Positions 38,453-51,680 of a DNA stretch of 64,000 nt are shown here, piece after piece (position 1 is the first letter of the stretch; the number at the start of each line of letters is the position of its first letter). Location: positions 172,114,001 to 172,178,000 of the forward strand of contig NC_086097.1 of assembly GCF_963921235.1 (NCBI RefSeq), written 5' to 3'. Position numbers and translations under genes: made by a program. The notes beneath the pieces are model-generated. The model searched no databases. It was not told where the DNA came from and worked only from the letters and a program-made list of their open reading frames with translations. The stretch comes from Mobula hypostoma (Eukaryota).

Positions 38453-38624
38453 GTAGACATTTAATTGCAACCACAGGTGAGACGGGAGGGGGAGGAGGAT
38501 GAGTGATGTTCCCAGCTGTCCCATTCAGTCAGTCCCCTAAACAATAGGTGAGACGACCCATATCCCCAGTGTGGCCCGGCATTGAAACCTGCAACACAAA
38601 GGATGGCAGATGCTGGGATGGTGA

Positions 38625-38808
38625 CAGAGTTAATGAGAGACAGAGAGTTAGAGAGAGAGTGAGTGAGAGAGAGTGTGAGAGACAGTGAGAGAGTTAATGA
38701 GAGTGTTAACGAGAGAGTGAGAGAGAGTGAGAATGTTAACTAGAGAGAGAGATAATGAGAGAGTGTTAACGAGAGAGAGAGAGAGGGAGAGAGAGAAAGA
38801 AAGAGAAA
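38625..38808 (+). repeat. (GA)n-rich microsatellite with interspersed GTTAA(C/T) units
   Basis: Direct inspection. Confidence 0.9.
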
Positions 38809-38880
38809 AACTTTGTATTGCTGTTCATCTCCTTCCAGCAGTCGTCTCCCCTCCACAAAACACAACTCCCCTCAATGTCA

Positions 38881-39011
38881 TAAAAGTTGCTGGTGAACGC
38901 AACATCTCTAGGAAGAGGTACAGTCGACATAGATGCTGCCTGGCCTGCAGCATTCACCAGCAACTTTTATGTGTGTTGCTTGAAATTCCAGCATCTGCAG
39001 ATTTCCTCGTG
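38881..39011. mobile_element. Mini palindromic Penelope-tail insertion
   Basis: CATAAAAGTTGCTGGTGAA is inverted with TTCACCAGCAACTTTTATG. Imperfect 14-bp flanking repeat (12/14) at 38867-38880 and 39012-39025. Confidence 0.7.
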
Positions 39012-40119
39012 TCCCCCCAATCTCAGACAATTTTCCCTCTCCCTCTCTGTTATCCACCTGTCTCCGTCTCTCAATTCCATCCCTGCTCCTCTCTCCTGCC
39101 TGGCGTAACATGCCGGTCACTTTACACTTCTCCTGAGTCCACCAGTTACCCTCTTTGCCACCTTATCCACCTGCGTAGCCACTTTCAGTAAACTATCACC
39201 TGGAGTGCAAGATCGCTCTGCACCTCAAAGCTATTAGGGGTCTAGAAGCTCTGAAGCACAGGATCCAAGGAGGCTGCAGAGGGATGTAGACTCACCATCT
39301 TCAAGAGGTGGTGCCTCAAGAAAGTGGCATCCATCAGTGAGGGCCCTCGCCACCCAGGGCATGCCCTCTTCTCATTGCTACCACTGGGGAGGAGTTAAGG
39401 GAGCCAGAAAGCAATAGAGGAACAGCTTCCTCGCCTCACCATCAGATTTCTGAATGGTCCTTTATTCCTTTGCTTTCGCACTGTTTCTTTTAAATTTATA
39501 GTAATTTGATGCTTTTGCACTGTACTGTTGTGCAAAACAATAAACTTCACGTCATAGCAGACCTGAATCACCAAGGCACAGAAGACCATAATGGTGTGCA
39601 TATAATCCTGTCCTGTTGAACAGAATGGGCATGATGGGCCAAAGGGTCTGTTCCCATGCAGTACGAATCCATTCTCGATGAAGATATTCTCCTGAATAGC
39701 CTGACTATTTGCACTTGGGACAAGGCAGGACACAGGCAGCAGCTTGTGGATAAGCTTAATGTTTATTTCTCATCTCTGTACGAGTTCCAAGTTCCAACAC
39801 ATCATTTCAATACTGTTAAAGTTAGGAACTGAGCAATAGAGAAAACTCAGCGGTGATACACTGCACTCTGCAGCTTGATAAATCATTCTATCTTCAGAGG
39901 AAGGAAAATGCACAGCTTCTTAATGACACGAGCGAGGAAGGGATAACTACAACTGGCTTTTTGCCATAATTTAAATCTCTGGCTTCATGCCTCATTAAGC
40001 AATGTACACTCTTCCTGGAGAGCTAGGCAATTAACAGGAATATAAATTAACTAAGGAACTGTTTCACCTGAGAAATCAAAGGATTGTGCATTATGTTTAA
40101 AAACAGGAGCACAGGTGGA

Positions 40120-40880
40120 ATTCAATATTGACACTACTGTTGTTGGTTGAATCTCAAATGCTGATGAGGAGGCATGCAGGCGTGAGATTTATTGGCTGAT
40201 GTCACAATAACAACCTCACTCTCTACATTAGCAAGACCAAGGAATTGATTAGAGACTTCAGGAAAGGGAAGTCAGGACAACACACACACGTTGTCATTGA
40301 GGGATCAGTGGTTGAAAGGGTAAATAAACATCTTCAGGTTTCTAGGCATCAATATCCCCAAGGAATACCCTGGGATCAATACATTGCTGCAATCACAATG
40401 AAGGGACAACTGCAGCTCTGCTTTAGTAGGCGTTTGAGGATATATGGAATGTCACAAAGACTGGGATAAAATTGAGAGCACTCTGACTGGTTACATCGCA
40501 GCCTGGTACGGAGGATCAAATGAACAGGATTGCAAGCGGGTGCAGAGGGATATAGACTCAGCCAGCTTCATGGTAGACACAACCCTTTCCACCATCGGGG
40601 ATACCTGTGCCTCAAGAAGTTCATATCCATCACTGAGCACCCTGACAATCTGGGATATGCTCTCTTCTCAGTACTGCCACAGAGGACTGAAGACCCTCAG
40701 CAATTCAGAAACAGCTTCTTTCCCTCTGCCAGTAAATTTCTGAACACTAGCCCATTATCCTTTCTTTTTGCACTATTTATTTTTTTGTAATTTATTGTAA
40801 TTTTATGTCTCTGCACTGTACTGCTGCTGCAAAATAATAACAAATTTCACGTCATCTAAGTCAGTGATAATAAATCTGAT
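40120..40880 (+). mobile_element. Rex1/Babar-like LINE 3' fragment
   Basis: KTKELIRDFRK, IESTLTGYIAAWYG and FRNSFFP motifs. Confidence 0.8.
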
Positions 40881-41734
40881 GGGCATTTCTTTGAACTGGT
40901 TGTGCAATGTAGTCCCTTTCTAGGCTAGATGTAGAGGACCCATCCCTGCATTTTCTAACCTAAGGGAACCACCCAACTGGGAAGTTCAACCATGGGAGAT
41001 TATACACAGTGAAGGGCCCTGAACAGAGAGACCCAGAGGTACAGAAGGAGTGGAAATGGGTACTTGATGCTGGCAAGAACCAAACATCCCATTTCTGTGA
41101 GAAGCAGTTTATTCAATCATCATATTAGTGAGAAAATATTAGGAAGGTTGAGTTATGCATTAAGTGCAGAGGCAGCTGCCTCTGATAACCTTTCACCACT
41201 AGATACAAAGATTTCAGTACTTGGCTGTTACTTACTATAGATTAAGATCAAAGGACGAAACACATGTCTAATCCATGGTTTAATTCGAAGAGTTTCACTA
41301 CATTGTGCATTCTAATTAGTTTACTGCTTTCATGGGCTCAATGTTAATTGCCCTTAATGAATATCAATGCAGCTTTGTTAAATTAAGCATAGGATCAATA
41401 AGAAAAGGAGGACCAGATTAAAGATCTATTCTATCAACCTTTTCATCTTAATTGGCTGGAACACTGTTGCAAGTACAGTCCTATTACACTGGCCTATCGA
41501 TTATCCAGGGTAATAGCAGACTGTCCTTCCATGGATAATGCAAAAACACAGATAATGCAAACACATTAAAAAGGCATCAAACAAATGACCTTATTGTCCA
41601 TTGTTCATTAAAATAGTCATGGAGATTTGTTTGAGAGTTGTTTTACAGCAGTGCTTTCACCCCCAGTTTCTCAAACATATCATTTCTTTAGCAAAGTCAA
41701 AGCCTTTAATTTCTTTAACAGGAGTTTGCAAGGT

Positions 41735-42320
41735 CCAACCAAGCAGAGTCCACTGCCAAGAAGGCCCACCAGCGCCTTTACTTCCTGAGAAAACTCAAGA
41801 AATTTGGCCTGTCCCCTAAAACCCTCACTAATTTTTATAGATGCACTGTAGAAAGCATTCTTCTAGGGTGCATCACAACCTGGAATGGAAGTTGTCCTGT
41901 CCAAGACCAAAAGAAGCTGCAGAAGATCGTGAACACAGCGCAGCACATCACATAAACCAATCTTCCATCCTTGGACTCACTTTACACCGCACGCTGTCGG
42001 AGCAGTGCTGCCAGGATAATCAAGGATACGACCCACCCAGCCAACACACTTTTCATCCCTCTTCCCTCCAGGAGAAGGCTCAGGAGCTTGAAGACTCATA
42101 CGGCCAGATTTGGGAACAGCTTCTTTCTAACTGTGATAAGACAGATCCTGAACGGATCCTGACCCGGATCTGGGCCGTACCCTCCAAATATCCGGACATG
42201 CATCTCGGTTTTTTTGCACTACCTACCTTTCCATTTTCCTATTTTCTATTTATGATTTATAATTTAAATTTTTAATATTTACTATCGATTTGTAATCCAG
42301 GGAGTGGGAAGCGCAGAATA
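41735..42320 (+). mobile_element. Rex1/Babar-like LINE 3' fragment (younger family)
   Basis: AARIIKDTTHPANTLFIPLPSRRRLRSLKTHTARFGNSFF (41971-42162). Confidence 0.85.
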
Positions 42321-42790
42321 AAGTACATTTGTAGTACACAATACTGTGCAATAGAGCTTCATGAACTGGGAAGGTTTAATGACTTTGACTAAATTTTTAC
42401 AGTATTTGAACCATATTTAATACATCATTACTGCATTCTTATGGTCACACTAATAGTGCATTAACTACAGAGTACTTTCGTACTACAGTACTCTTACTGT
42501 ACTTTGTTAATGCTCTTTTATTGTAGGCTACTATAGTCACTATACTCTTTCTGTACTATAGGTAATGTACTCTTGTGATTTTTTGCTAGTTAGCATAATC
42601 TCACTGATCTATTTGTGGGCAATGCACCATTATGGTCTAACTGTAAATAATGCACTATCATGTATTCCTCCTATTACTGTGGTCTAACTGTAGATAACAC
42701 ATAATGACTGTTTTCTATACAGGGGATGAGGATTTAAGCAGGCAGGCCTTTAAGAATGGAAGCTTTTAAACTAACCCTGTGGATCTTTAA

Positions 42791-45717
42791 GCAACACACA
42801 TCAAAGTTGCTGGTGAATGCAGCAGGCCAGGCAGCATTTCTAGGAAGAGGTACAGTCGATGTTTCAGGCCGAGACCCTTCGTCAGGACTAACTGAAGGAA
42901 GAGTTAGTAAGAGATTTGAAAGTGGGAGGGGGTGGGGGAGATCCAAAATGATAGGAGAGGACAGGAGGGGGAGGGATGGAGCCAAGAGCTGGACAGGTGA
43001 TAGGCAAAAGGGGATAAGAGAGGATCATGGGACAGGAGGCCCAGGGAGAAAAACGAGGGGGGGGGAACCCAGACGATGGGCAAGGGGTATAGTCAGAGGG
43101 ACAGAGGGAGAAAAGGGAGAGTGAGAGAAAGAGAATGTGTATATAAAAATAAATAACAGATGGGGTACGAGGGGGAGGTGGGGCATTAGCGGAAGTTAGA
43201 GAAGTCAATATTCATGCCATCAGGTTGGAGGCTACCCAGACGGAATATAAGGTGTTGTTCCTCCAACCTGAGTGTGGCTTCATCTTTACAGTAGAGGAGG
43301 CCGTGGATATACATGCCAGAATGGGAATGGGATGTGGAATTAAAATGTGTGGCCACTGGGAGATCCTGCTTTCTCTGGCGGACAGAGTGTAGGTGTTCAG
43401 CAAAGCAGTCTCGCAGTCTGCGTCGGGTCTTGCCAATATATAGAAGGCCACATCGGGAGCACCGGTCACAGTATATCACCCCAGTCGACTCACAGGTGAA
43501 GTGTCGCCTCACCTGGAAGGACTGTTTGGGGCCCTGAATGGTGGTAAGGGAGGAAGTGTAAGGGCATGTGTAGCACTTGTTCCGCTTACAAGGATAAGTG
43601 CCAGGAGGGAGATCAGTGGGGAGGGATGGGGGGGATGAATGGACAAGGGAGTCGTGTAGGGAGCGATCCCTGTGGAAAGTGGGGGGGGGGGGAGGGAAAG
43701 ATGTGCTTAGTGGTGGGACCCCGTTGGAGGTGGCGGAAGTTACGGAGAATAATATGTTGGACCCAGAGGCTGGTGGGGTGGTAGGTGAGGACCAGGGGAC
43801 CCCTATTCCTAGTGGGGTGGCGGGAGATGGAGTGAGAGCAGATGTACGTGAAATGGGGGAGATGCGTTTGAGAGCAGAGTTGATGGTGGAGGAAGGGAAG
43901 CCCCTTTCTTTGAAAAAGGAGGACATCTCCCTCGTCCTGGAATGAAAAGCCTCATCCTGAGAGCAGATGCGGCGGAGACAGAGGAATTGCGAGAAGGGGA
44001 TGGCGTTTTTGCAAGAGACAGGGTGAGAAGAGGAATAGTCCAGATAGCTGTGAGAGTCAGTAGGCTTATAGTACACATCAGTGGATAAGCTGTCACCAGA
44101 GATAGAGACAGAAAGATCTAGAAAGGGGAGGGAGGTGTCGGAAATGGACCAGGTAAACTTGAGGGCAGGGTGAAAGTTGGAGGCAAAGTTAATAAAGTCA
44201 ACGAACTCAGCATGCGTGCAGGAAGCAGCGCCAATGCAGTCATCGATGTAGCGAAGGAAAAGTGAGGGACAGCTACCAGAATAGGTACGGAACATAGATT
44301 GTTCCACAAAGCCAACAAAAAGGTAGGCATAGCTAGGACCCATACGGGTGCCCATAGCTACACCTTTAGTTTGGAGGAAATGGGAGGAGCCAAAGGAGAA
44401 ATTATTAAGGACTAATTCCACTAGACGGAGCAGAGTGGTGGTAGAGGGGAACTGATTAGGTCTGGAATCCAAAAGAAGCGGAGAGCTTTGAGACCTTCCT
44501 GATGGGGGATGGAAGTATATAGGGACTGGACATCCATGGTGAAAATAAAGCGGTGGGGGCCAGGGAACTTAAAATCATCGAAAAGTTTAAGAGCGTGAGA
44601 AGTGTCACGAACATAGGTCGGAAGGGATTGAACAAGGGGGGATAAAACCGTGTCGAGGTATGCAGAAACGAGTTCGGTGGGGCAGGAGCAAGCTGAGACA
44701 ATAGGTCTGCCAGGACAGGCAGGTTTGTGGATCTTGGGTAGGAGGTAGAAACGGGAAGTGCGAGGTGTGGGAACTATAAGGTTGGTAGCAGTGGATGGGA
44801 GATCCCCTGAGCAGATAAAGTCGGTGATGGTGTGGGAGACAATGGCCTAGTGCTCCTTAGTGGGGTCACAATCGAGGAGTAAATAAGAGGAGGTATCCAC
44901 GAGTTGTCGCTGTGCCTCAGCAAGGTAGAGGTCAGTACGCCAGACTACAACAGCACCCCCCTTATCGGCAGGTTTAATAGTAAGGTTAGGATTAGTGCGG
45001 AGGGAGTGGAGAGCAGAGCGTTCGGAAGGAGTAAGGTTGGAATGGGAACAAGGTGCGGTGAACTCGAGACGGTTGATGTCCCATCGGCAGTTGGCAATAA
45101 AGAGATCCAGAGCAGGCAGAAGACCAGAGCGGTGTGTCCATGAAGAAGAGGAGGATTGAAGATGGGAGAAGGGGTCATCGGTGGGGGTGGAAGAGTCCTT
45201 GCCGAAGAAGTAGGCTCGGAGACGGAGACGGAGACGGCGGAAGAAGAGTTCCGCATCATGGCGAACACGGAACTTGCTGAGGTGTGGGCGAAGGGGGACA
45301 AAGGTGAGGCCCTTACTGAGGACAGAGCGTTCTGCCTCCGACAGTTGAAGGTCAGAGGGGATGGTAAAGACCCGGCACGGATGACAGCTGGGATCAGAAG
45401 GGGGAGGGGGGAGGCTGGGGGTGTCAGTGGAGAGGGGAGGGTTGGGGTGAGAGGAAGATGGAGCCTCTGAGTACCCAGGAGCTGACGATGGGATCTGAGG
45501 GAGACAGGATTGCAGAGTATTGGAGGGGGAAGGGGAGACGGGAGTCACAATAGCAGCACATAAAGCCTGGAGTTCAAGGCTGGAGTCGCAGTTGGCGGAT
45601 GCGCAATCGCTTTGAAGGTGTTCATGGTCGTTGCTGGAGTCCGGGTTTTGAATATGCCCTGAGGTGTTGAAGCCGGCGAGATCAATGGCAGAGGCCGCAA
45701 TCTGAAGTTCATGCCAG
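42791..45717 (-). mobile_element. Near full-length Penelope-like retroelement (RT plus GIY-YIG), disrupted
   Basis: IKPADKGGAVVV, RFYLLPKIHK, MDVQSLYTSIP, GVAMGTRMGP, RYIDD, CKRNKCYTC, VIYC..LYIGKT. Premature stop at 44847 and frameshift at ~44475. TSD CTGTGGATCTTTAA at 42777-42790 and 45718-45731. Confidence 0.95.
42853..42894 (-). ncRNA. Minimal hammerhead ribozyme motif in the Penelope tail
   Basis: Minus strand: AGTC-CTGACGA-AGGGTCTCGGCCT-GAAA-CATC-GACT. Confidence 0.68.
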
Positions 45718-47504
45718 CTGTGGATCTTTAAAGCATTGAATTGATAACTACAAGGAGGCACATTTTAAAAAAATATATAAAACTAACTGCATCATTCATC
45801 CCAAAGTTTGGGATTTTGTTTTTCAGCTATCAGCATGCGAAGTATGCCAATATACTGAGATTTTTGGATCAGATGTTCCAATATATACAACACAAACTGG
45901 AGTGCTGCAGGAGACTGTCTGCAGGAATGTCAATCAGTCTGCTCTCAAATATCAGGTGTCTGATTGATGACTTCAAATAGCACGTACTCAACAATACCTG
46001 CACAGTGACTTCCAGTTCAGCTTCACTCTCTCTTTAATAACAAACTGTGCTGAGGAAGGCCCATTGAGCACATGAAGTGGTAAAGGGCTCTGCTTTCACA
46101 TGCAGCCTGAGTTAAACACACAATGTGATTTCGCCAGCGTGGTCTCAAAACTGACATGCCTTGACCAAAAATGAATCCTATGCCTTCCCAGCACTGAGCG
46201 TCATTACCCAATGATGCCACTAGGGACCAGAGGACAGATATATTGAAGCTGGGCGGGGGGGTGGGTGCAGCAGTTGTAAGTTCAAATTCCCCTCCAAAGA
46301 TTTGAGCACAAAAAGCTAGACTGTCACTTAGGTGCTGTACTGGCTGAGTGTCACATCATTCAACATCCTGTCTTTCATACGACATAATCAACAGAAGCCT
46401 CTGTTGGGAGATATGAAGAATCTCATGGCTCAGTTGAAAGAGACACATGGTAGTACTAGCAAATATTTATGACCAAGCATCATTGCTACAAGTAACAAAG
46501 TTATTATTACTGAGGGAGTTTTATGGAAACTGGTTATCACCTTTCTTGCATGAAAGCAGCAAGTACACTTCCAAAGTGATCAGCTATTAAGTAATTTGGG
46601 ACGCCCCTACGCACATAGGCAAGTTCGTTCTTATATTGAGGAGATACTATAAGCAACTGAAGATGGACATCTAGCCTTCTGAACCTTCTTCACCATTCAT
46701 CCAGATCCTACAGATCTTCTTCATCTTCATTTTCCTCCACCAGCTCCATATGCCTCAATTCCAAAATGTCCAGAAGTCCAGTGGGTTTGGTTTTCAACAA
46801 ACCACTTATTGAGACGCCACGGCATCTGGGGTGAATTTCCAAAGATTCACCCTTCCTTGCCTGAACAAATTTCTCCTCACCTCCATCTGAAATGTCCTCT
46901 CCTTATTCTGAGACTTGATACCTGGTTCTAAACTCCTCAGTCAGGAGAATCATGAGAAGGAGACTGATGCTGAGATCTGAGTCAAAAAGAGGCTGGAAGA
47001 ATTCAGGGATTCATTGTCTATGAAGAGAAATAGACAGTCAACATTTTGGATTGAGACCTTCATTTGGACTGAGAGTGTAAAGGGAAGAAAGCCAATATAC
47101 AAAGAAGATGGGGACAGGGACTGACATCCAGTAGGTGGATCCAGATGAGAAGGGATTGATGGAGCTGGATGGGGGAGGAAGGGGTGGAGAAAGCAACAGA
47201 GGCTGGACGGTGGTAAGTTGAGACAGCAGAGGGCTGCAGATTATGGAATCTGACAATAAAGGATGAGTCCAGATGAAAGATCTCAAACTAAAACATTGTC
47301 TGTCTATTCCCCTCCAGAGATGCTGCCTGACATACTGAGTTCCACCAGCATTTTCTGTGTTGCTCTAGATTCCAAAGTCTAGAGTCTCTCATGTCTCCAG
47401 CAGAGGAACATACTGAGTGGAACCAAGCAAGGAAGGTAGTGGGCAGATAGGAACAGTGGGGGCAAGGGATAGAAGACCAAATGAGTTGAGTGTGTGGGTG
47501 ACAG

Positions 47505-47960
47505 GCAGAATAAGACATAGGAGTAGAATTAGGTTACTTAGCCCATCAAGTCTGCTCCACTATTCACTCACGGGTATTTGCTTTCCCCTCAACAACATTC
47601 TTCTGTCTTCTCCCTGTAATCTTTGAGGTCCTTACTAAACAAGAATCTATCAAAGTCTGCTTAAAATAAATTGGCCTCCACAGCCAACTGTGGCAATGAA
47701 TTCCACAGATTCACCACACTCTGGCAAAAGAAATTCCTCATCTCTGTTCTAAAAGGACATCTTTGTTTTATGAGGCTGTGCACTCTGATCCTGCACTCTC
47801 CCACTATTGGAAACATTCTCTCCTCTCTATCTAGACCTCTCAATATTCAATAGGTTTCAAAGACATGCTCATCACGTTAACCCATTCATTCCCTGAATCA
47901 TCCTCATAAATCCCCTCTGACCATCTCCAATGCCAGATCATCCTTTCTTAGATATGGCCT
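47505..47960 (-). mobile_element. CR1 3' fragment
   Basis: RGLDREERMFP..RNFFCQSVVNLWNSLP (47661-47843). Confidence 0.8.
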
Positions 47961-48449
47961 AAAAGTGCCTATAACATAAGCAGTTTCAAAAGCCCACTAT
48001 ATTTGCATAAGCCCAGTGGGTTCTAGCTGACACTGATCATTTTAAGTTGCAGATCACTGCTAATGTTCTAACTGCTTAAACTCATTCTACTGAGCAGCAG
48101 AGTAGACAAGTTGTTCATCTCAATCAGCGAGTTACAATTCCATCCCATAAATCTATAAAACAAACTGTCAGTATTGATGTTTTTTTTATTCACAGTAGTA
48201 CATGCAGACATTCTCGATACAATTGTGCTGACTAACACATCCAAGGATCAAGAATGCCTCTGAGGGCCAAAGTGAAGCCTGGTGGTTCAATCACCAAAGT
48301 GTACTGGCAAATTGTCTCCTCCAGGCACCAAACACAAAATAGTAGAAATTTCTAAAACCAATTGAAATGTGATTATTAGAAGCCTTTAATGACATGTAAA
48401 TGTACTGTATATTCAGACTGCTCAGATGGTGGACAGGTCACTTGTACAA

Positions 48450-48685
48450 GGGGGGGAAGAGGGAGGAGGAGAGAGGAGTGGGAGAGAGAGAGAGAGTGAG
48501 TGGGGGAAGAGGGGGTGAGGAGAGAAGGGGTGAGGAGAGAAGGGGAAAGAAGGCAGGCAAGAGAGTGCACAAGAGCCGGAATGAGACAATGGAACAGACA
48601 AGAAGGGGAGTGAGATAGAAAGAGAGAGGGCAAGAGAAAGAATGACAAAACAAATTTGAACTAAAGAGAGAGGGAACGAGGAAGA
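48450..48685 (+). repeat. Polypurine low-complexity tract
   Basis: GA/GGAGA-rich run. Confidence 0.8.
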
Positions 48686-50390
48686 GTGAGCTGTGTAGAG
48701 GAGCATTGTTTTATCAATGGGATTGCAAATGTTTGTAATTCTGTTGCACAATGGTCTATGGATGCCAAATAATTGAGAGAGTTTTGGACATCAGATTATT
48801 GAGGGACATTGGATCAGAAGGAGAAGTGGATTCAGGGTAAAAGATCAAAAACGATCTTATTGAACAGCAGAGCTGACTCGACAAACTTTATACCTTGACT
48901 TACTTCTCATTTGGATGTTCTTCTATTCTCAGGACAACCCTGTGGTGGCACAAACCACAGTCTGATCTGAACTCCATTTGGTTTTCTATGACATTTTCAT
49001 TGCATTGACATATACACATATTAACAATGAATTTATATCTTTGGGGAAAGTAACTTGAATATAAGCACTTTAATGGCACAATGGTACATCATTTTACAGC
49101 AGGCATTTACATTGTCCTTTTATGTTGTCCAGGGAAGGTCTTGAGTGTGTTGACAGGGAAGATCTGACAGTCAGCTGCATGAAACAGCAGGTGATTAAAA
49201 CCTTACTCAAAATGGCAACATTTAAAGTAACATACAAAATGCAGGAGGAATTCAGCAGGGCAGGTAGCATCCGTGGAAATGAATAAACAGTCAACGTTTT
49301 CTGGACAAGATCCTTCTTCAGCACTTCAGAGTTTAAAGTATGCTTTATCAGAGGAAAGGGTGAAGGAGAAGGGCAGCAGTGTACATGGAGGGAGTTCCAG
49401 AGCTGAGCACCAACGTAAAACATTAAAATAGATGAGCATTTCAATTTAAACCAATAATTACCAACTGAGTATTTTGGAAGATGAACTGTGACTGATGTTA
49501 TGCTCACATTATCACAACATGAAGTAAAATTACCTCAGCCAGAACGTTTGAGGAACACACACAAAATGCTGGAAGAACTCAGCAGGACAGGCAGCATCTA
49601 TGGAGATGAATTTAAGTTGCTGTTTTGACCTAGCTGGCAGAGGTTGTGGGTTTGGAAGGTGCTGTCCCAGGTATCTGGGCAAGTCTCTGCCACGCATTGC
49701 ATGGATGGTACAAACTGCTGCATCAGTGGTGGAGCAATTGGATGGTGCCTAACACACGGACAACTATGATGTTGAGCTTCTTGATGGTGTACATGTTTCG
49801 GAGAAAATAATTAAATAATTAATTCGCCCAAGTTTGTACTGTTGCCACTGAGTTAACAGATTTCACAACATATGCCAATATGCACAACATATTAAACCTG
49901 ATTCTGATTCAAAAGCTCTGGCAATGCCCAGAGAGGAATACTTCAGATGAAGCCTAACCATTGGATTATAAAAGTGCCCACTGATACCACTAATGATCCT
50001 ATTCTTTAGCAGCCTTACAACCCGTCCACACATCGTATGTGATTCCTGTCCATGAATCTCCAGGTCTTTCTGCTCTTGCTCCCCTCTTAAAATTGGACCA
50101 ATTCACTCAAAATGCCTTTCATTATTTCTCTTCCAGTTTCATGGTAAAGTAAATACATCATTTTTATTACCTTTATATTCCAACAAGACTATTACATCCA
50201 AATACATCAGCAACACAATGTATCCAGTAACTGAGCATCAGGTTTAGACTCTTGTCTTGATCAGGGAGTCTCTAATTTTCTATGATTTTAAGTGCAGAGT
50301 GCCATTCCTGACTTCAGCGTATCCCAAAATGTTTTGCAGCCAAATAAGTATTTGCTGAAGTGTATTCAACAAAGTACTTTCTCAATATTT

Positions 50391-50640
50391 TGGGGCAGCA
50401 CAATAGAGTAGCAGTTAGTGTAATGTTATTACTGAGCCAGCGACCTGGGTTCACTTTCACCACTGTCTACAAGGAGTTTACACATTCTACCTACGACAGC
50501 AAGAACTTCCTCGGGCTGCCCTGGTTTCCTCCCACATTCCAAGGACATATGGGTTAGTAGGTTAATTGGTCACATTGGTGTAACTGAGGGACTCACTGGG
50601 TTAGAGGGGCCTGTAACCGTGCTGTATCACTTCTAAAAAA
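50391..50640 (+). mobile_element. HE1/V-SINE-like element
   Basis: CCTGGGTTCAC B-box-like motif, GGTTTCCTCCCACATTCCAAGGAC and TTAATTGGTCAC core. Confidence 0.65.
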
Positions 50641-51159
50641 TTAATGAAATAATGTATTGACTGTACTCTTGTACTAAAGGGAGTGCAGCTGCCTCTCTGT
50701 ACACAGCAAGCTCCCATAATCATGAACAGATAATTTGCTTCTAATAACCTGGGTTGAAGAATAACCACAGACCACAATGCCAGGATGAAATCTTCAGCAG
50801 AGCAGTTCCACAGAATCTAGTGGGCAAGGGCCTGGTGGTTTAATCTCACATAAGGAGGACAGCTCCTCTGACAGACTGCTGCTCTTTCTGTTCCAAATGG
50901 ACACAGAGCACTCTCTTGTCATACAAACTAATGTGCATAAAAGAAATTCAAGGCAAATAAAAGAAGTAGGGCAGAATATGTTTGGATTAAATGGAGAGTT
51001 TAGTTATTTGACGACTCATGTTATACATATTAAGTACTTTTTAAACTTTAATCAAAGGCATGACTCATATGTTGTTCCTCATCACAAAATTTCAACGTAC
51101 AAGCATAAGAAATAGAGGCTAGAGTAGGCCATTTGGACCCTTGTATCACTTCAGCCAAT

Positions 51160-51680
51160 GCCAAAGATCAGGAAGTCAAGTTGCAGGTGTATAAAAACTT
51201 GGTTAGGCTGCACTTGGAGTACTGTGTGCAATGCTGGTCTGCTCATTACAACAAGGATGTGAAAGCTTTGAAAAGGATGCAGCAGAGGTTCACCAGGTTG
51301 CTTCCTGAACTAGAGGGCATGTGCTATAAGGAAAGGTTGGACAAACTTGGGTTGTTTTATCCGGAATGTGGAAGGTGGAGGAAGCTCTGATAAGATTACA
51401 AGAGGCATAGAGAAGGTAGACAGCTGGTATCATCCCTGCAGGGTAGAAATATTAAGTATTAGAGGACATGCATTTAAGATGAGGGGGCAAAGTTCAAAGG
51501 ATATGCGCCGGTCAGGATGTTTTTCCACAGAGAGCGGTGGTGAAAGGAGATACAATAGTGGCATTCAAGATGCTGTTAGATAAACACATTAATATTCAGG
51601 GATGGAGAGAAATGGAACAAGTGCAAGTAGAAAAGATTTAGTTTAATTCAGCATCATGTTCGAGCTAAGTGGCTGAACCG
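51160..51680 (+). mobile_element. CR1 3' fragment
   Basis: VYKNLVRLHLEYCVQCWS..QRFTRLLP (51133-51390). Confidence 0.85.

Noticed and set aside
36154..38464. Many overlapping and antisense ORFs over the DSEL exon (up to 243 aa)
   Set aside because: Expected by-product of GC-rich, stop-poor coding sequence; no motifs.
38430..38524. Listed ORF start MGQLGTS... as the DSEL N-terminus
   Set aside because: No DSEL similarity; it is read-through of the intron's polypyrimidine tract.
46960..47400. Apparent fourth palindromic tail pair
   Set aside because: The minus-strand element seems to continue after the plus copy and no TSD was found; more likely an ordinary nested insertion.
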